In this document: positions 11,901 through 23,466 of the stretch, piece by piece
Position numbering within the stretch: the stretch's first letter is position 1
Layout: each line of letters opens with the position of its first letter
NCBI GenBank assembly: GCA_964036045.1
Contig: OZ038378.1
Coordinates: forward strand, 64,418,001 to 64,482,000
Length of the DNA: 64,000 bases
DNA from: Eutreptiella sp. 'Long Island Sound 2002'
Lineage: Eukaryota > Protista > Euglenida
Direction of reading: 5' to 3'
Translations under genes and position numbers: made by a program
Notes under the pieces: generated by a model
Told to the model about the DNA's origin: nothing
The model's input: the letters and a program-made list of their open reading frames with translations, nothing else
Databases searched by the model: none

Positions 11901-14760
11901 CCGAACCCGGACAACGGGGGGGACGTGCAGCCGCCGAGACGACCGGATGGCTGCCGACCAGGGCTGCCCACGCCGGCCGAGAAAGTCTGGGGGCGTCTGG
12001 GCCTGCTGGCAATGCCCACTCCAGCTAGCATGGAGCACTCTAGGGCGTCGTTGCGGAGCCCCCCCCTGCGGGAGGACGAATTCGAGGTCTCCAGCGAGGA
12101 ACCGGCCTCCCCGATCTTGCCCATGAACCTTTTTGGCACAGACTCGCTGGACGGAGCAAGCGACAGCACGCACATGTCGGAGGAAGGATCAGTGGACGAA
12201 GAGGACGCGGCACCAGGATCACGGGCCACGATCTCAGCAGAAGGCTACGCGGAGGACACGTACATGCTTACAGCGTACCTCCTGTCCCATCTGGCGATGC
12301 TCGCGGCGACCAGCAAATGGCTGACGCTGACAGGGCAGGAGGTGAACGCCTCAAAGTCGCTGGCCTTCACAGCAGCGCACTCAGCGCGAGGGCCTCCCAC
12401 TGCGCTGGAGGCGACACTGGATGGAGTACGCATACCCACCCAGCAGGAGTTCAGGCAGCTGGGAGTGGGGGTGCGCACCGTGCCGCGACGTGGCACAGGC
12501 CCGCTGCTGCACAAACGCACCACGGAAGGGAAGGCAGCCCTCCGGAAAACCAGAACGATCCCAGGAGGCTTTGATAGAAAGGCCACGGTGGCGGCGGTAA
12601 TGATCGTGGCAGCGACGCTGTTTGGGGTCCAACTGGCGGATGTGGCCCCGAGGGACGTGAGCAGCTTGGAGTCGGGCGATCATGACGGCGATCTGGGGGC
12701 CCAGCAGACCGTGCAGGGCGAAGGAGGTGGTGTTTGCCCTACTGCTACCGGGGCATAGGGTGGCACCATCAATGGTGGTCCCGTACAAGCGGATGTGCTG
12801 GCTTGCGAACATCGCACGCATCCCGCGCACTGCCCAAGTTATCACACAAGCAATCTGGGAGCATACGGAGGAGCCCAAAGGCACGGGCCCACTCGGTTGG
12901 GCACTGCGAGAATTCCGGCGCCTCGGCTGGCGCAACCAGCGGGGGTGGTGGAGTTGGACCATGCCGCGAACCGGGTTCTCGGTGCACCTGGTGCACGCAG
13001 CCAAGGAGTATGTGGATCACCTGTTCCGAGAGTCTTTGAGGGAGCATCACGTGGAGGCACTAGAGAAACGGAGACCGAGACTCTTTGGCGGCATAGGAGC
13101 ACGGATCGACAGGGAGCTAACACTGAGCGAACTGGAGCACTGCGCCACGGAGCTAGACAGGTCGATGCTGCGAGGCGTGGCGGGGGCGATGTGGACCGCG
13201 GACAGAGCCCGTCCGAGAGGTCTGCGCCAGGATGGCACTTGCCCCTACTGTAGTAAGGGAACGCGAGAGGACGAAGACCACCTGCTATGGTGGTGTGCAG
13301 CCTGCAAGTCGGCACGGGAACCCTTCTTGCCGGAGGTCATGCTGCTGGCACGGGCCCTCAAGCTAGGGGCGCTGTCTAACTGGCCGCCTTGCCTGCGCCT
13401 GTGTGGACTGCTGTCAGAAGAGGTGGTGAAGCGAAGTGGCCTGGCGAGGGGGCCGGGCTGGAAGAAGCGCTGCAAGGAGCTGAACAGGGTCTTGAGACAC
13501 TGGGTGCCGGGGCCGGACGAAGACCCCGACGAGGCGTCAAGACAGCGGGAGGAGTTGGCCCTGGCAGGCCACCAGTGGGCACACGACGACCAGAACCCGC
13601 TGGAACAGTTTGTGCACCAGCTGCACTGCATGTTCCTGGCGGTAATGCGGGCCCGAAAGCAACGGGATGAGGAAGAATCCCTTCTATTTCCCGTGGAGCA
13701 GCGCAAAGCACCCCAGGAACAATATCCCTGGCACCAGCTTCAGCCCCCTCTCCCGCGGCCGACCAAAACATGCCTGCCAGCAAGGGGGCAGCTGCCCAGA
13801 GACTGGAAGTGGGGGCCGGACTTCCAACCGGCCGTACTGCGGTGGCTCTCAGAGCTACAATGGCTGCCAAGAGACGACAGCCTGCCCGAGGCACACCGGC
13901 AAGTGTCTTTCCTGGAACTGGCGCTGGACTTCGAATCGTACACAGGGAGACCTCTCCCCCCTACCCCCCAGACACGATTTAAGGGAGGGGAGCTGTCGCT
14001 GCAAGAGAAGGGAAGAGTCCTACGGCTTGCGCTATGTTTGCTGGGGAAGGCGGCGGGCAAGGAGTCCATTCTCCCGGCGGGCTTCACCAACAGGTGCCGC
14101 TCTCTGGTCCCGCTGGGGGCGGGCACCACGGCGGGGGTAAAAGGTAGGCCTATATTCACGCGCCCAGCGGCGGTCTGGCACCACCTGCGCCGTATGCAGC
14201 ACTACAGCGCGAAGAGATGGGCCCAACAGCAGCAAGCACAGGTGGCACGACAGCAGAGCAAACGCCGACGAGCACAGGGCCCGAAGGTGAAGTCGACACC
14301 GGCGCAGCAGCCCCAAGAAGTGAAGTGCCCGGGCAAGGGAGGAGCGAAGCGCTTGGCGGGGGCGTACGCCAGCGACTTCTACGCGGGCCCGGTGCTCCCA
14401 CCGGGGACGAGGCGAGGCCCACAGTACTGTGTCACAGAGGAGCCAGACTTCCGGCAGGAGCGGCACGCTGTGGCAGAACGGCGCTTTTCACCCCGCCGCA
14501 AAAGTGCGCGTTGGCGAGACGCCCTGAGCAGGGGCCGCGGCTGCCACGCCTTTGGGTCTGCGTGGCACACCAACACAGACAATGCGCATCCTGTGCAGCT
14601 GTGGGTCGGGGGGTGCGGCACTGCTGCGCCAAAGGACATGCCGGGCATCCACGACCGACAATGCGGGGCCGACAGCGGGGGACACGAAGAGCGGAGGCCC
14701 ACCCCCCTGGGGCGGGGGGCACACCGTTGGCGAAGAGACGCAGACGACAGCGGGGCCTAG
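8901..14760 (+). pseudogene. Non-LTR ORF2: apurinic-like endonuclease + reverse transcriptase + C-terminal zinc knuckle
   Basis: APE motifs SANVTSL, DIVCLQETRL, ICADF, TRIDGIL, GH. RT motifs KLRTLTVLSQIYRIWA, YGFRP, NYTKCFD, QGCPLS, YAED, LGV. Zinc motif CPYC-x6-EDHLLWWC (~13240-13305). In-frame stops at 11574, 11784 and ~11862; frameshift near 12675. Confidence 0.92.
9306..9350 (+). other. 2A-like (StopGo) peptide motif MLLGRCGDIHPRPGP
   Basis: Matches LLxxxGD(V/I)xxNPGP except N->R and lies immediately before the first APE strand (LQVESANV). Confidence 0.6.
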
Positions 14761-15054
14761 ACACGGGACCGGGCCGGCTGCGGGCACACAAGCGAGGAAG
14801 GGTGGATGCGACCCCCCCCCCCCCTGCCAAGAGGAGGCGCTGTACGCCGCCGGGCGCTGCCAAGCACGGGAGAGCAGGGACCGAGGTGACATAACCCCCA
14901 CGCCCCAGAGGTTCTGGCTCAGGTGAGGCCCCCTACCCGACCCGAGTCCACAGCCCGTCAGGGCTGTAGTTTTTGTCTTTTTTCAAGCTGGCGCCTCAGG
15001 CGACCGCTTGGGGCCCTGGACCCATGCGGGCCTCCCTCTTTAAGATTGTTCCAC

Positions 15055-15056
<2 letters not shown>

Positions 15057-15138
<82 letters not shown>
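15057..15138 (+). repeat. (CA)41 tail / target microsatellite
   Basis: Read directly from sequence; follows the 3' UTR of the non-LTR element. Confidence 0.95.
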
Positions 15139-15139
<1 letters not shown>

Positions 15140-16339
15140 GCACACATGAGCCTTAAGTCAGAGAACGACTGGGCATGTTTTGAATTTCCACCAGAAGGTA
15201 GCATCATGGATGCATATGGGCATTGTTGTCTCTATTTTTGCCTGAGTGTGGGTGCCAGTTGCAGGAGGTGGACGGTTGCAATGTGTTTGTCTATTGGTGG
15301 TGTGTGGCAATCAATTCTGGGCCCGACCTACTCTATCCTTTGCGGTAAGCTTGGTGTACTCCCCTCCCGTGCATCCCTCTCTGTCCTTTTTGTCGAGAGA
15401 GGTGCGGTGCCTCTTGTGTGGGCATGCAAAGGTACTATGTGCAATCTCTACATGAAGCAACGGCAGGGTAGAACAAAGGTATCTAGTCAGTAGCGAGCCC
15501 CTTCCGCCGCATGAGAGATACCTTGGAAAACGAGAAATTGCATTGAGCACACGTTAACGATCACACGTACGCACAAACACATACATGCGTACACACAAGT
15601 GCTTTGTTTTGCTCCTACGACACTACTCTCCGCCAAGAACCAAAGGCATTACCAAAGCTGCTCCAACCCCAGGCCACAAGCCCAATGATTGCAAACCCCC
15701 AGCCTCTTGGCCCCTCTCTGAACAGCCGCGCACCTGGCAACACACAACGTCAGCCATTATTTTCGATGATGCACCGCTGTAGTTGCTACATGCCACCATA
15801 TATGAGGAAATGGTGGCAGCCATGAAAAGCTGCTGTGCCAACAAGAAGCCAACAACAAGGGAGGACAAATTACTAGCCATCATCCATCAGTTAAACGAGA
15901 CCATCAGATCTCTATGACCTGACTTTGTTACAGCTGAAGGTAGGTGCAACAAATCCCAATCTGCGGGACAATCATCACCATTCTGCCCCCTACGACCCCC
16001 CCCCCCCCCGGCCGCGGCCTCCCACCTCCATTGACATTTGGGAGGTTCTTGGTTGGTTTGGAGGGTCCCATCACAGGAGCCTTTTTTTTGGGGGGGGGCA
16101 GGCTATCGTGAACCCCCCCCCCCCTCTAAAGCCAAAGTCCAACTTCCCTTGTCAGTGTCCTTGTAGTTGAAGCGTCAATAGACTACAGTGCAGCCATACC
16201 TCGTCACTATCAATCCCACTTCTCGCCCTGTGGGTTGGGCTAGTACCCCATCGTGTGGGAAGGGTTGCACTATGACCTGTTGCTGCGTGGCTAAAACATA
16301 TTGCCCACGAACCCTCCACCCCCTCCCGCACAATACACA

Positions 16340-17895
16340 CTGCAAGTTGTAAAAATGGCCCATTTCAAGGGCTGGTGGGACCTTGCATGGGCTAGCATGG
16401 GTCATACTCGGGTCAAAATAGCTTTGGGCCACTTATTTGAGCCAAGTGGCCGAGGAACGACTTTGGAACAAAGCATTTTTGACCACTTATGAACCTCCAA
16501 GTGACCCCCGTAATGCTACCCTTGGACATGCGTCGTTCACGCTGGTTGTGATAGGGGCATCCAAAAGGTTGGAAGTGATCCCCTTCATCAATATCTATGA
16601 GCAAAGGGTGCCCAACACAATCCGTGGCGGTGAGACACATCACAAGAGGGTGGAACTCGAAAAAGTATGCAAAGCGAATGCCTTTCAAGATTGATATTGG
16701 CCTCAAAAAGATGCGAGCCCACGACTTGGGTGCAAAACCCACGGGGCGGTGATCAAAGGTGATTGTTCATCATCCAGGTTGGTTCCGATTCAAATGCCCG
16801 CAGCTTTTTTTGGGCCATTTTTGAGATTTTTTGAAAATAGGGTCCACCACCCACAACATCCTTTACCGGACGCCATGGTTGAGTTTTTTCCTCCATTTTC
16901 GTGTGATGGTACTTCAAACCAAAACCTACGATCCACCAAAACTGCGGCCGAATTGGAAGCACCATGACATAATTCTCATTTCCCCCATTTTGTGTGTGCT
17001 TGCTCGCTGCCGGCGGTGTTAAATTTGGTACGTCCACCCTAGACACTAAAGAGGGTTGTAAAACGAAGATTGGTTCAGCTCGGTGACCCTGACCCCAATA
17101 AAGACTGAATTTTAGGACCAAGCTCGTCGGGAAAGGACTATCAGCTATAGGGCTCAATAAGGATGCAAGTTGAGGGACACGTGGAACGATTTTTGCATCT
17201 TCTGCGGCCCTTATACTGCCCTCAGAACCCTTCGTCGCTCCGTTTGCTTGCACAAGAGACATGCCCCCTAGCACTCCTCCCGCATCTCTCACTTATCACC
17301 CCTCCATGCACATTCCCTGCGGACCCGTGTGCTGCACCGTCAGTCCCAAATTTGCCCATTTCAACGATTTTTTTTTGTAGCGTGCATGGGCTCATGTGGG
17401 TCCAAGATGGCTCCAAATAAGTTTAAACCACGTATTTGAACCCCAAGTAGTCGAGGAACAACCTTGGAGAACCTCATTCTTGACCACTTTTGGACCAACA
17501 AGTGACCCCGTGAGCCTAGCCTAGTGGGTGCACGTGTAGTGTGCGCATCGCACCACTCCAATGTGGTATTAAAGGGTGTTGATTGCGCGGAAATAGCTTT
17601 CAAGTGATCCCCTTCATCATTTTTTATCACCACAAGGCCGCCCAATGCAATCCATGGCCTGAAACATAGCACATTACGCCGCACCCCCCCCCCCCCCCGC
17701 GTACACATTGTCGGTCCTAAAACTTCCCATTTACAGGGGTGTTGGGGATTTGCATGGGCTAACATTGGTTCAAAAGTGGCTCATTTGGGCTCATAATACC
17801 CTTATGCCTGTTGTTTGAACCCCCGAAGCGGTTTCGGAACAATTTCAGCCAAAACATCGTTTTTGGCCACTTTTAGACCCGCTGGTGACCCCTGT
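16340..17895 (+). repeat. Mosaic of dispersed degenerate repeats (left flank and target of the YR element)
   Basis: Several copies of the ~350-bp family, plus a block starting CGGTGATCAAAGGTG...TTCATCATCCAGGTTGGTTCC that recurs at 25090, 25187 and 25521. Confidence 0.7.
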
Positions 17896-17963
17896 AACAC
17901 TAGTTGTGCCTCGTCTCAACTTTTGTTTGTGTCTCCAATGTTTAGGCAGTTTTCGTGTCTTTG
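17896..17963 (+). repeat. Split direct repeat A1
   Basis: AACACTAGTTGTGCC...TGTCTTTG; 2 mismatches vs A2. Confidence 0.92.
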
Positions 17964-17976
17964 TTTTTGTTAACCC

Positions 17977-18609
17977 ATGGACGGGGTTGAGCAGCCCAAT
18001 CACGCCCAGCACGTGCCAGCCGAGGAGCGACTGGCAGCACAGGCCAAAGAAATCCAAGAATTCAGAGAGCAACTAGCCCGAGTGGCAGTGAAGGAGGGGC
18101 CCCGCTTGCCCCCGTTGAGCGTGCCGGAAATCAACCGAGCCCTCGAGAAGCCCCAGTTGGCGCAGTGGATGAGGCTGATGCTGTCCAACATCAAGGCGTA
18201 CGTACGGCTTAGGGCCGGCGAGGTGGGGGAGATCCCCCGCCCGAGCGAGTTCGGCGGCCAAGCAACGGAGGCCGCGGTCGACCCAGGAGAACAACTGGCG
18301 TAGAGGGTCTGGGACTGCGTGTCCCAGTCCCAGGCGGCCTATGCCCGCAGGTATGCAGGGACACACGGCAAGTCCAGCTCCGAGTCCAGCCAGTACGCCA
18401 CGTTGGAGGAGGCATGGAAGGAGCAGGGGTCGGCATTCACATGGCGAAGCGTAAAGTTCAGGGAAGTGGGCGGAGTGCTGCAGTGGCAGTCGCGGCAAGG
18501 CGAATGGATCCCTGTGGATTCGCCGCCGAGTGGAGGGTGCCAGAGGTGCGCGCAGCGGGGCTCCCCCGACGAGCGCCACTGGCACTTTAGGTGCCCACAC
18601 TGGTCCTGA
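17977..18609 (+). pseudogene. YR-element gag-like ORF (210 codons, one premature TAG at 18301)
   Basis: ORFs 17977-18303 and 18319-18609 are in one frame. C-terminal C-x2-C-x9-H-x4-C finger (CQRCAQRGSPDERHWHFRC). Confidence 0.7.
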
Positions 18610-18744
18610 CAGGATCAGCTGGAGCCCGGACCGGCCGCCCCGGGCTCCGGCGTCACGGGCACAGCGGCGGGCCTGCGGGCGCTCGCCCGCAGGTGGGAGA
18701 CAGCAGCCAGGGCAGACGACCCCTGCTCACCGGAAGAAAGCACC

Positions 18745-19971
18745 ATGCAGTCGTGGAGGCCGAGAACCTGGTCGCAGTATGCGTCCCGGCTCCGGGCCTT
18801 GGCAGCTTACGTGGAGCGCGCGGGCCCGCTTGATCCAGCCGCGACACTGGCAGGCCTCCTGGTAGAGAGGGCGCAAGCCGGAGCTACAGCGTCAGCCCTG
18901 CGGGGTATTATTTCCGCGGTCCGGGCCGTGGAGGACCTCCAGTGGCTGCCCCCAACAGTCACAACCCTGCGCAAGAGGATCGCGGCGGGAGCCGCCTCGT
19001 CGGGCTCTCAGCCCTATCTGTCCCCAGCAAGCTTGGTCCAGCTGGTTGAGAAGGCCAGAGACTCCAGAAATGGAACGGTGTTCAGCGCGTTGGCGATCAT
19101 CAGCTGGGTATGCTACCTGCGGGTGGGCGAAGCAGCTGGCATCAGGGTTTCTGAATTGGCTATGCCAGGCGTTGTCCAGTTTTGGAACTCCAAGACAGGG
19201 GAGGAGGGGTACACCACCCGACCCCTGTACAGGTATGCGGACGGGGTCCGTGCGTGGCTTCATCGCCACATAGTCTCGTTGGGCCGGTCCTCAGACATGC
19301 TGGTCTGGCAGTCAGGGGAGGCGGGATTGGAGGCAGGCATGGCCGAAACCCTGGCGAGCACAGCGCACGCCCGCGCCAGGTGGCATGCGCTACGCAGGGG
19401 AGGCGCCGCAGCGACTTGGGCCCGCAAACCAGACCTCGCCTACTACAAATGGTGGGGCAGATGGCAGAGCACGGCCGTGGCGACGCAATACGGCACCGAG
19501 TGGTCCGACCCGGGTGTCGTGGCCCCTACGGTACTGCCTGCATGGTCCCGTGACCGAGGGCCTTTGCCGACTCCGGAGCGTGTGGGCGTCCTGGCGCTGT
19601 GGGGTTCACCAATGTTTCCCAGCATCGCGGGCGCCCTCAGCACCCCGACCAAGCGCAAGCCGAGGCGCCCACGGGGTGGGGGGCATGGGTCCACCAAGAG
19701 CGGCACAATTGGGAGCGGAGACGAGGGAGACCAGGCCGCGACCGAGCTGGAGGAGTCCGCCGAGGATGGCTCTGCTGAGGCGGGCCCGGGGCCTGAAGCG
19801 GCTCCTACCCCCCCTCCACTTCAACCTTTGGCCTCTGCCTCTAAGCGCGGCGCCGTGTCTCGGGAAGATGCGGGTCAGCTGTGCACGTTGGCGGGTCCTC
19901 TGGTTGCTGTGGGGGGGGGGGGGGGGGTGTGGGCCGGGGACGGCAGCCGGGCCCATCAATGTCGATTCTGA
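18745..19971 (+). CDS. Tyrosine recombinase (phage-integrase fold), uninterrupted ORF
   Basis: Catalytic set present: YLRVGEA (R), NSKT (K), HALRRGG (HxxR), GRW (W), TQYG (Y). N-terminal TWSQYASRLRAL helix. Confidence 0.9.
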   Translation: MQSWRPRTWSQYASRLRALAAYVERAGPLDPAATLAGLLVERAQAGATASALRGIISAVRAVEDLQWLPPTVTTLRKRIAAGAASSGSQPYLSPASLVQLVEKARDSRNGTVFSALAIISWVCYLRVGEAAGIRVSELAMPGVVQFWNSKTGEEGYTTRPLYRYADGVRAWLHRHIVSLGRSSDMLVWQSGEAGLEAGMAETLASTAHARARWHALRRGGAAATWARKPDLAYYKWWGRWQSTAVATQYGTEWSDPGVVAPTVLPAWSRDRGPLPTPERVGVLALWGSPMFPSIAGALSTPTKRKPRRPRGGGHGSTKSGTIGSGDEGDQAATELEESAEDGSAEAGPGPEAAPTPPPLQPLASASKRGAVSREDAGQLCTLAGPLVAVGGGGGVWAGDGSRAHQCRF

Positions 19972-22418
19972 CGTGGACACCGACGACGACAGCGAGGGTT
20001 CCGGAAGCGAACCCGATGGCGCCTTCGCAGTCGGCAGCGCCAGGGGTTCCCCCGGGCGTCGACAGGCCGGAGTTGCCAGGTTCATGGGACGCGAGCGTAA
20101 GCCGTGGTCCTCCAGGGCAGCCGCTGGTCCTGTCAGAGGAGGGACCGGGGCGGGCTCGAAAGCTGGAGTGGTGGGCCGTATCCACCGCTCAAACACGGGG
20201 CCGTGTCGCGCTAAGGTGGTCGTGGGTGGTGCGCAGGCCGGGCGACCCCGAGCCCCCGCACGCCGTCAAACTGGGAGACCTCGTTTGGCCCAGCAGATCC
20301 ATTCGCCGGCGCCCAAGCGCACCAAGCTCGGGGCAGGCGGGCATGTCCAGACGCCGGCGGCGCAAAGCCCGGTGGAGGGTGCCTTCGTGGCTGCAGCTGA
20401 GCGCCTCAAGGCCAAGGCTAGGGGGCGGGCGGGCCCAGTGGCGTCGCCCCCCCCCCCCCCCTCTGTAAGGGTCCAGACAGGGGCAAGAGGGTGCAGGAAC
20501 AGCCCCCCCTTTTCCTGGAGTTCATGCAAGCCCTCACCCCGCATTTCCACTGGATAGCGGAGCGGGAGCGTTGTGGCTTATGGATGGTGGCGAAAAGGGT
20601 GGATTTGTGGTTAAATAGGGTCTTCGATACAGCCGAGGATTTCCGCTTGCGGGGGGCTTTGCCCGCGCTCTTGAGCGCGTTGCGCGCGCTCCACCCGGAC
20701 TCATGGGAGGCATGTCTCCATGTCAATACCTCCCCCATTCCGCGGTTCATGGGGGGGGGTCGAGGATGCAATTTTGGACCGGGGTTTGGGACCGGTCGGC
20801 ACGCACCAGCTCCCTGCGGATCTGTGGGACGCTGTGGTCCCGCCCTTCTACCGCGAGGGGCTCCGGGATTTCGATGTCGAGCGGGAGTGGCAGGACGGGG
20901 AAAGGGTGGTCCGAGGGGCAACACGCTGGGTGTCCCAGCAGGTCCAGAGGATAGTCCAGGCGTTGCGGGGGGCGGGGGTTTACGAAGAGACAGCCGACCC
21001 CCCCCTCCCCCCACGTGTTACCCCTTCGTCATCGCCAAGTCCTCCGAGAAGGTATCCTTGATCTTGAGTTGCGTCAACATCAGCAAGAGTGACGGGGCCA
21101 AACCCCCCACTTTTAGATTGGATTCTTGGGAGGACTTGGCCAGGTCCTTGTCGGCATTCCCGCCTGATGTGGGCCTCTATGGGCTCCACATTGACCTCAA
21201 AAATGCATTTTGGAGCTTTTGCTTGCCGCAAGGGGCGCGCCAGATTTTTCGCTTCCGGCCCGCCCCCGGGGCCCCGCCTGTGGCGGTGTCACGCCTGCCC
21301 TTTGGCTGGAAATACAGCCCGTATTTGTGCCAAATGAGTTTGGCCCGCATTCTCCGGGGGGTGCTGCCCCCCGAGATACTCCTTGTGCACTATCTCGCTG
21401 ACTTCCCGCTCGTCTTCACTGATAGGGAGGTGCTCAGGGAAGCGGGGCGATCGGCTGTGCGCGCCCTGATCGAGGCTGGGTTCCTCATAAGTCCTAAGAG
21501 TGTCCTGGACCCGGTGCCTGTGGCATCTTTCCTGGGGAAGGAGCTTGACTTACAGGCCAGGCAGATCAAGAGCCACGAGCAGGCGCTACTCCAGTTGTGG
21601 GCGGGCTGGCTGAGATTGGCGGTTGGGACAGGCAATGACAGACACCTCCAAAGCTTCCTGGGTTTGCTGAATTGGCACGTACGCCCGCGGGGATTCGGTT
21701 GTCCCTTCGCGGCGGGTGCCTACTGCTGGCTGCGCTGGGGCAGAACGGTGGGAGGGGTCAAACAGCCGGCCCAGGGCTTTCCCCTGAAAATGCTGGAGAG
21801 CCTCGCAACATTGATGGCGGTGGCGGCCGAGCCCTGGCAGGCGCCGGGGGGGAGGCCTGGCGACAGTTGAAGACCCTCCAGTTTGGGAAGGAGGACAGGC
21901 TTACGTCCTCCTCTCTGTGGTACGGGGGTGTCATCGTCTGTGTCAATGGAGCGCGTGATGCAGGGTGCTGGAGGGTGGGAGCGCTTGTACCGGGAGTGGG
22001 TGTGCGTACGCATGTGACACCTCCAGCCCGCTTTGCCAGCTAGCAAACCACGGAGCTGAGGGGCTTGGCATGGGCTGTCAGGTTTGCTGTCAGGACAGGG
22101 CACAAGTCTGTAACGGTGTTTAGCGACAGTGAAGCCGCCATTGCTCAAGTGCTGCGACTGCGCGCGACTAGCCACCTGACCCACCACCAGGCGGTCCTAC
22201 GGTCGTTGGCTAGGGTCCTTTGGGTCTCGGGGATCGTGGTCCGCCTGGTGTGGGTACCCTTGGCACTGCAGCCGGGGGACCCTATGTCGAGGGTGACGCC
22301 GGTGTTCCGAGGTTCCCAGGCGAGGGCGGAGGTTGAGGCCTGGCGCACGTGGGATGCATTGCTGGATAATTTGGGCGAGGCTCGGGTGAGGGGGGTGGTA
22401 TGTCTACGGGGATACTAA
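19930..22418 (+). pseudogene. YR-element RT + RNase H (frameshifts mostly at G/C homopolymers)
   Basis: RT: PFVIAKSSEKVSLIL, HIDLKNAFWS, RLPFGWKYSP, YLAD (21391-21402), GFLISPKS, FLG, LQSFLGLLNW. RNase H: VCVNGA, TELRG, VFSDS, QPGDPMSR. Confidence 0.88.
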
Positions 22419-22461
22419 CCCCCCCCCCCCTCTCCCCCAAGCAGTCCAGCGGCGGCAGTGC

Positions 22462-23007
22462 GTGCGCCCTCCATGTAGCACCTTTTTTTCCGCACACATG
22501 CCCAAGAGTCGGGGCTCGCGTGGGCCCCGCAAGCGACGGGGTTCCCGTGGAGCCCACCGGAAGGGTCGCCATGGCGGACAGCGTCACCGGCGATCCGCGG
22601 AGGCCAAGCAGCGACGGGCGGCGAAGTGGACCACCGAGCTCCGCGGCCGCCTTCGCGGCAAGGTGGCGCACCTACCCATCCGCCGGGTGCTGCTCGGCAA
22701 CGGGGTGCGCCTGTGCCCCCAGTGCCCCCTCCCTGCCGACAGGGATGGGTTTTTGGAGCGAGCGGTCCGGGACGTGGCCGCACGCGTGGGAGGCACGCCG
22801 CACCGCCGCGTGACCCCCGACGGCCGCAGCGTTAAGCCCCCAGGGAAGCATGCATGCTGCGAGGTCTGGGAGGTGAGGCTGCCGGAGGGAGTCGCTGTGG
22901 TCTCCCTGGCGGACTGGAACAAGGGACACAGGGTTGCTGTGCCCTATATATGGATCCAAGGTGGGTACGGCTTGGTGGTGCGATTTGCCCGCCTCTTCAA
23001 TCCGTGA
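22462..23007 (+). CDS. Accessory ORF of the YR element, unknown function (Arg/Lys-rich N-terminus, CPQC and HACC motifs)
   Basis: Open 181-aa frame inside the element, directly after RNase H; likely start MPKSRGSRG at 22498. Confidence 0.45.
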   Translation: MRPPCSTFFSAHMPKSRGSRGPRKRRGSRGAHRKGRHGGQRHRRSAEAKQRRAAKWTTELRGRLRGKVAHLPIRRVLLGNGVRLCPQCPLPADRDGFLERAVRDVAARVGGTPHRRVTPDGRSVKPPGKHACCEVWEVRLPEGVAVVSLADWNKGHRVAVPYIWIQGGYGLVVRFARLFNP

Positions 23008-23348
23008 GACTCGGCGACTGTCGTGGTCGTCTGTTCCTCCCCGCTGTCGATGCTGCTGCTGCTGCTCCGCCTACTGCTGCTGCTCTCCCCTCCCTCCTCC
23101 CCCACCCTCAGCCAACCCCTGCGCTGCGGGTCCCTGCCCCCCCTGCTCCAGAGTGCCTCCCACCTACCCAACCCGTGTAGCACCAAGAGGGCAATGTTGG
23201 GGTCATTCCCCAACATCCGGCCCAACTCGGTGACCCCCAGGAGGTGCGTGCAGCCTCCCCCATCGCGCCACTCCACCTGCACCCCGTGTGGGTCGGCTCC
23301 AAACGTCTGCAGGCTCACAACCTAAGAAGGGAAACAAGAGGCAGGTGT

Positions 23349-23466
23349 GTTCTAGCGGCGTTCTAGCGAACTGTTCTAGCGACGTTCTACTTGCGTTCTA
23401 GCGGCGGCGGTGGCGGTCTGGCTAGATCAAAGCTAGAACGCTTCCGTAGATCAACGCTAGAACGCA
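23349..23466. repeat. Cluster of GTTCTAGCG motifs in direct and inverted orientation
   Basis: Four full direct copies plus one partial in 23349-23403; inverted copies at ~23432 and 23456-23466. Confidence 0.8.

Larger units (their letters stand above)
6624..15138 (+). mobile_element. Full-length, decayed APE-type non-LTR retrotransposon (two ORFs, (CA)n tail)
   Basis: Order is 5' ribozyme-like fold, ORF1, ORF2 (APE-RT-zinc knuckle), ~300-nt 3' UTR, then (CA)41 tail. Confidence 0.92.
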
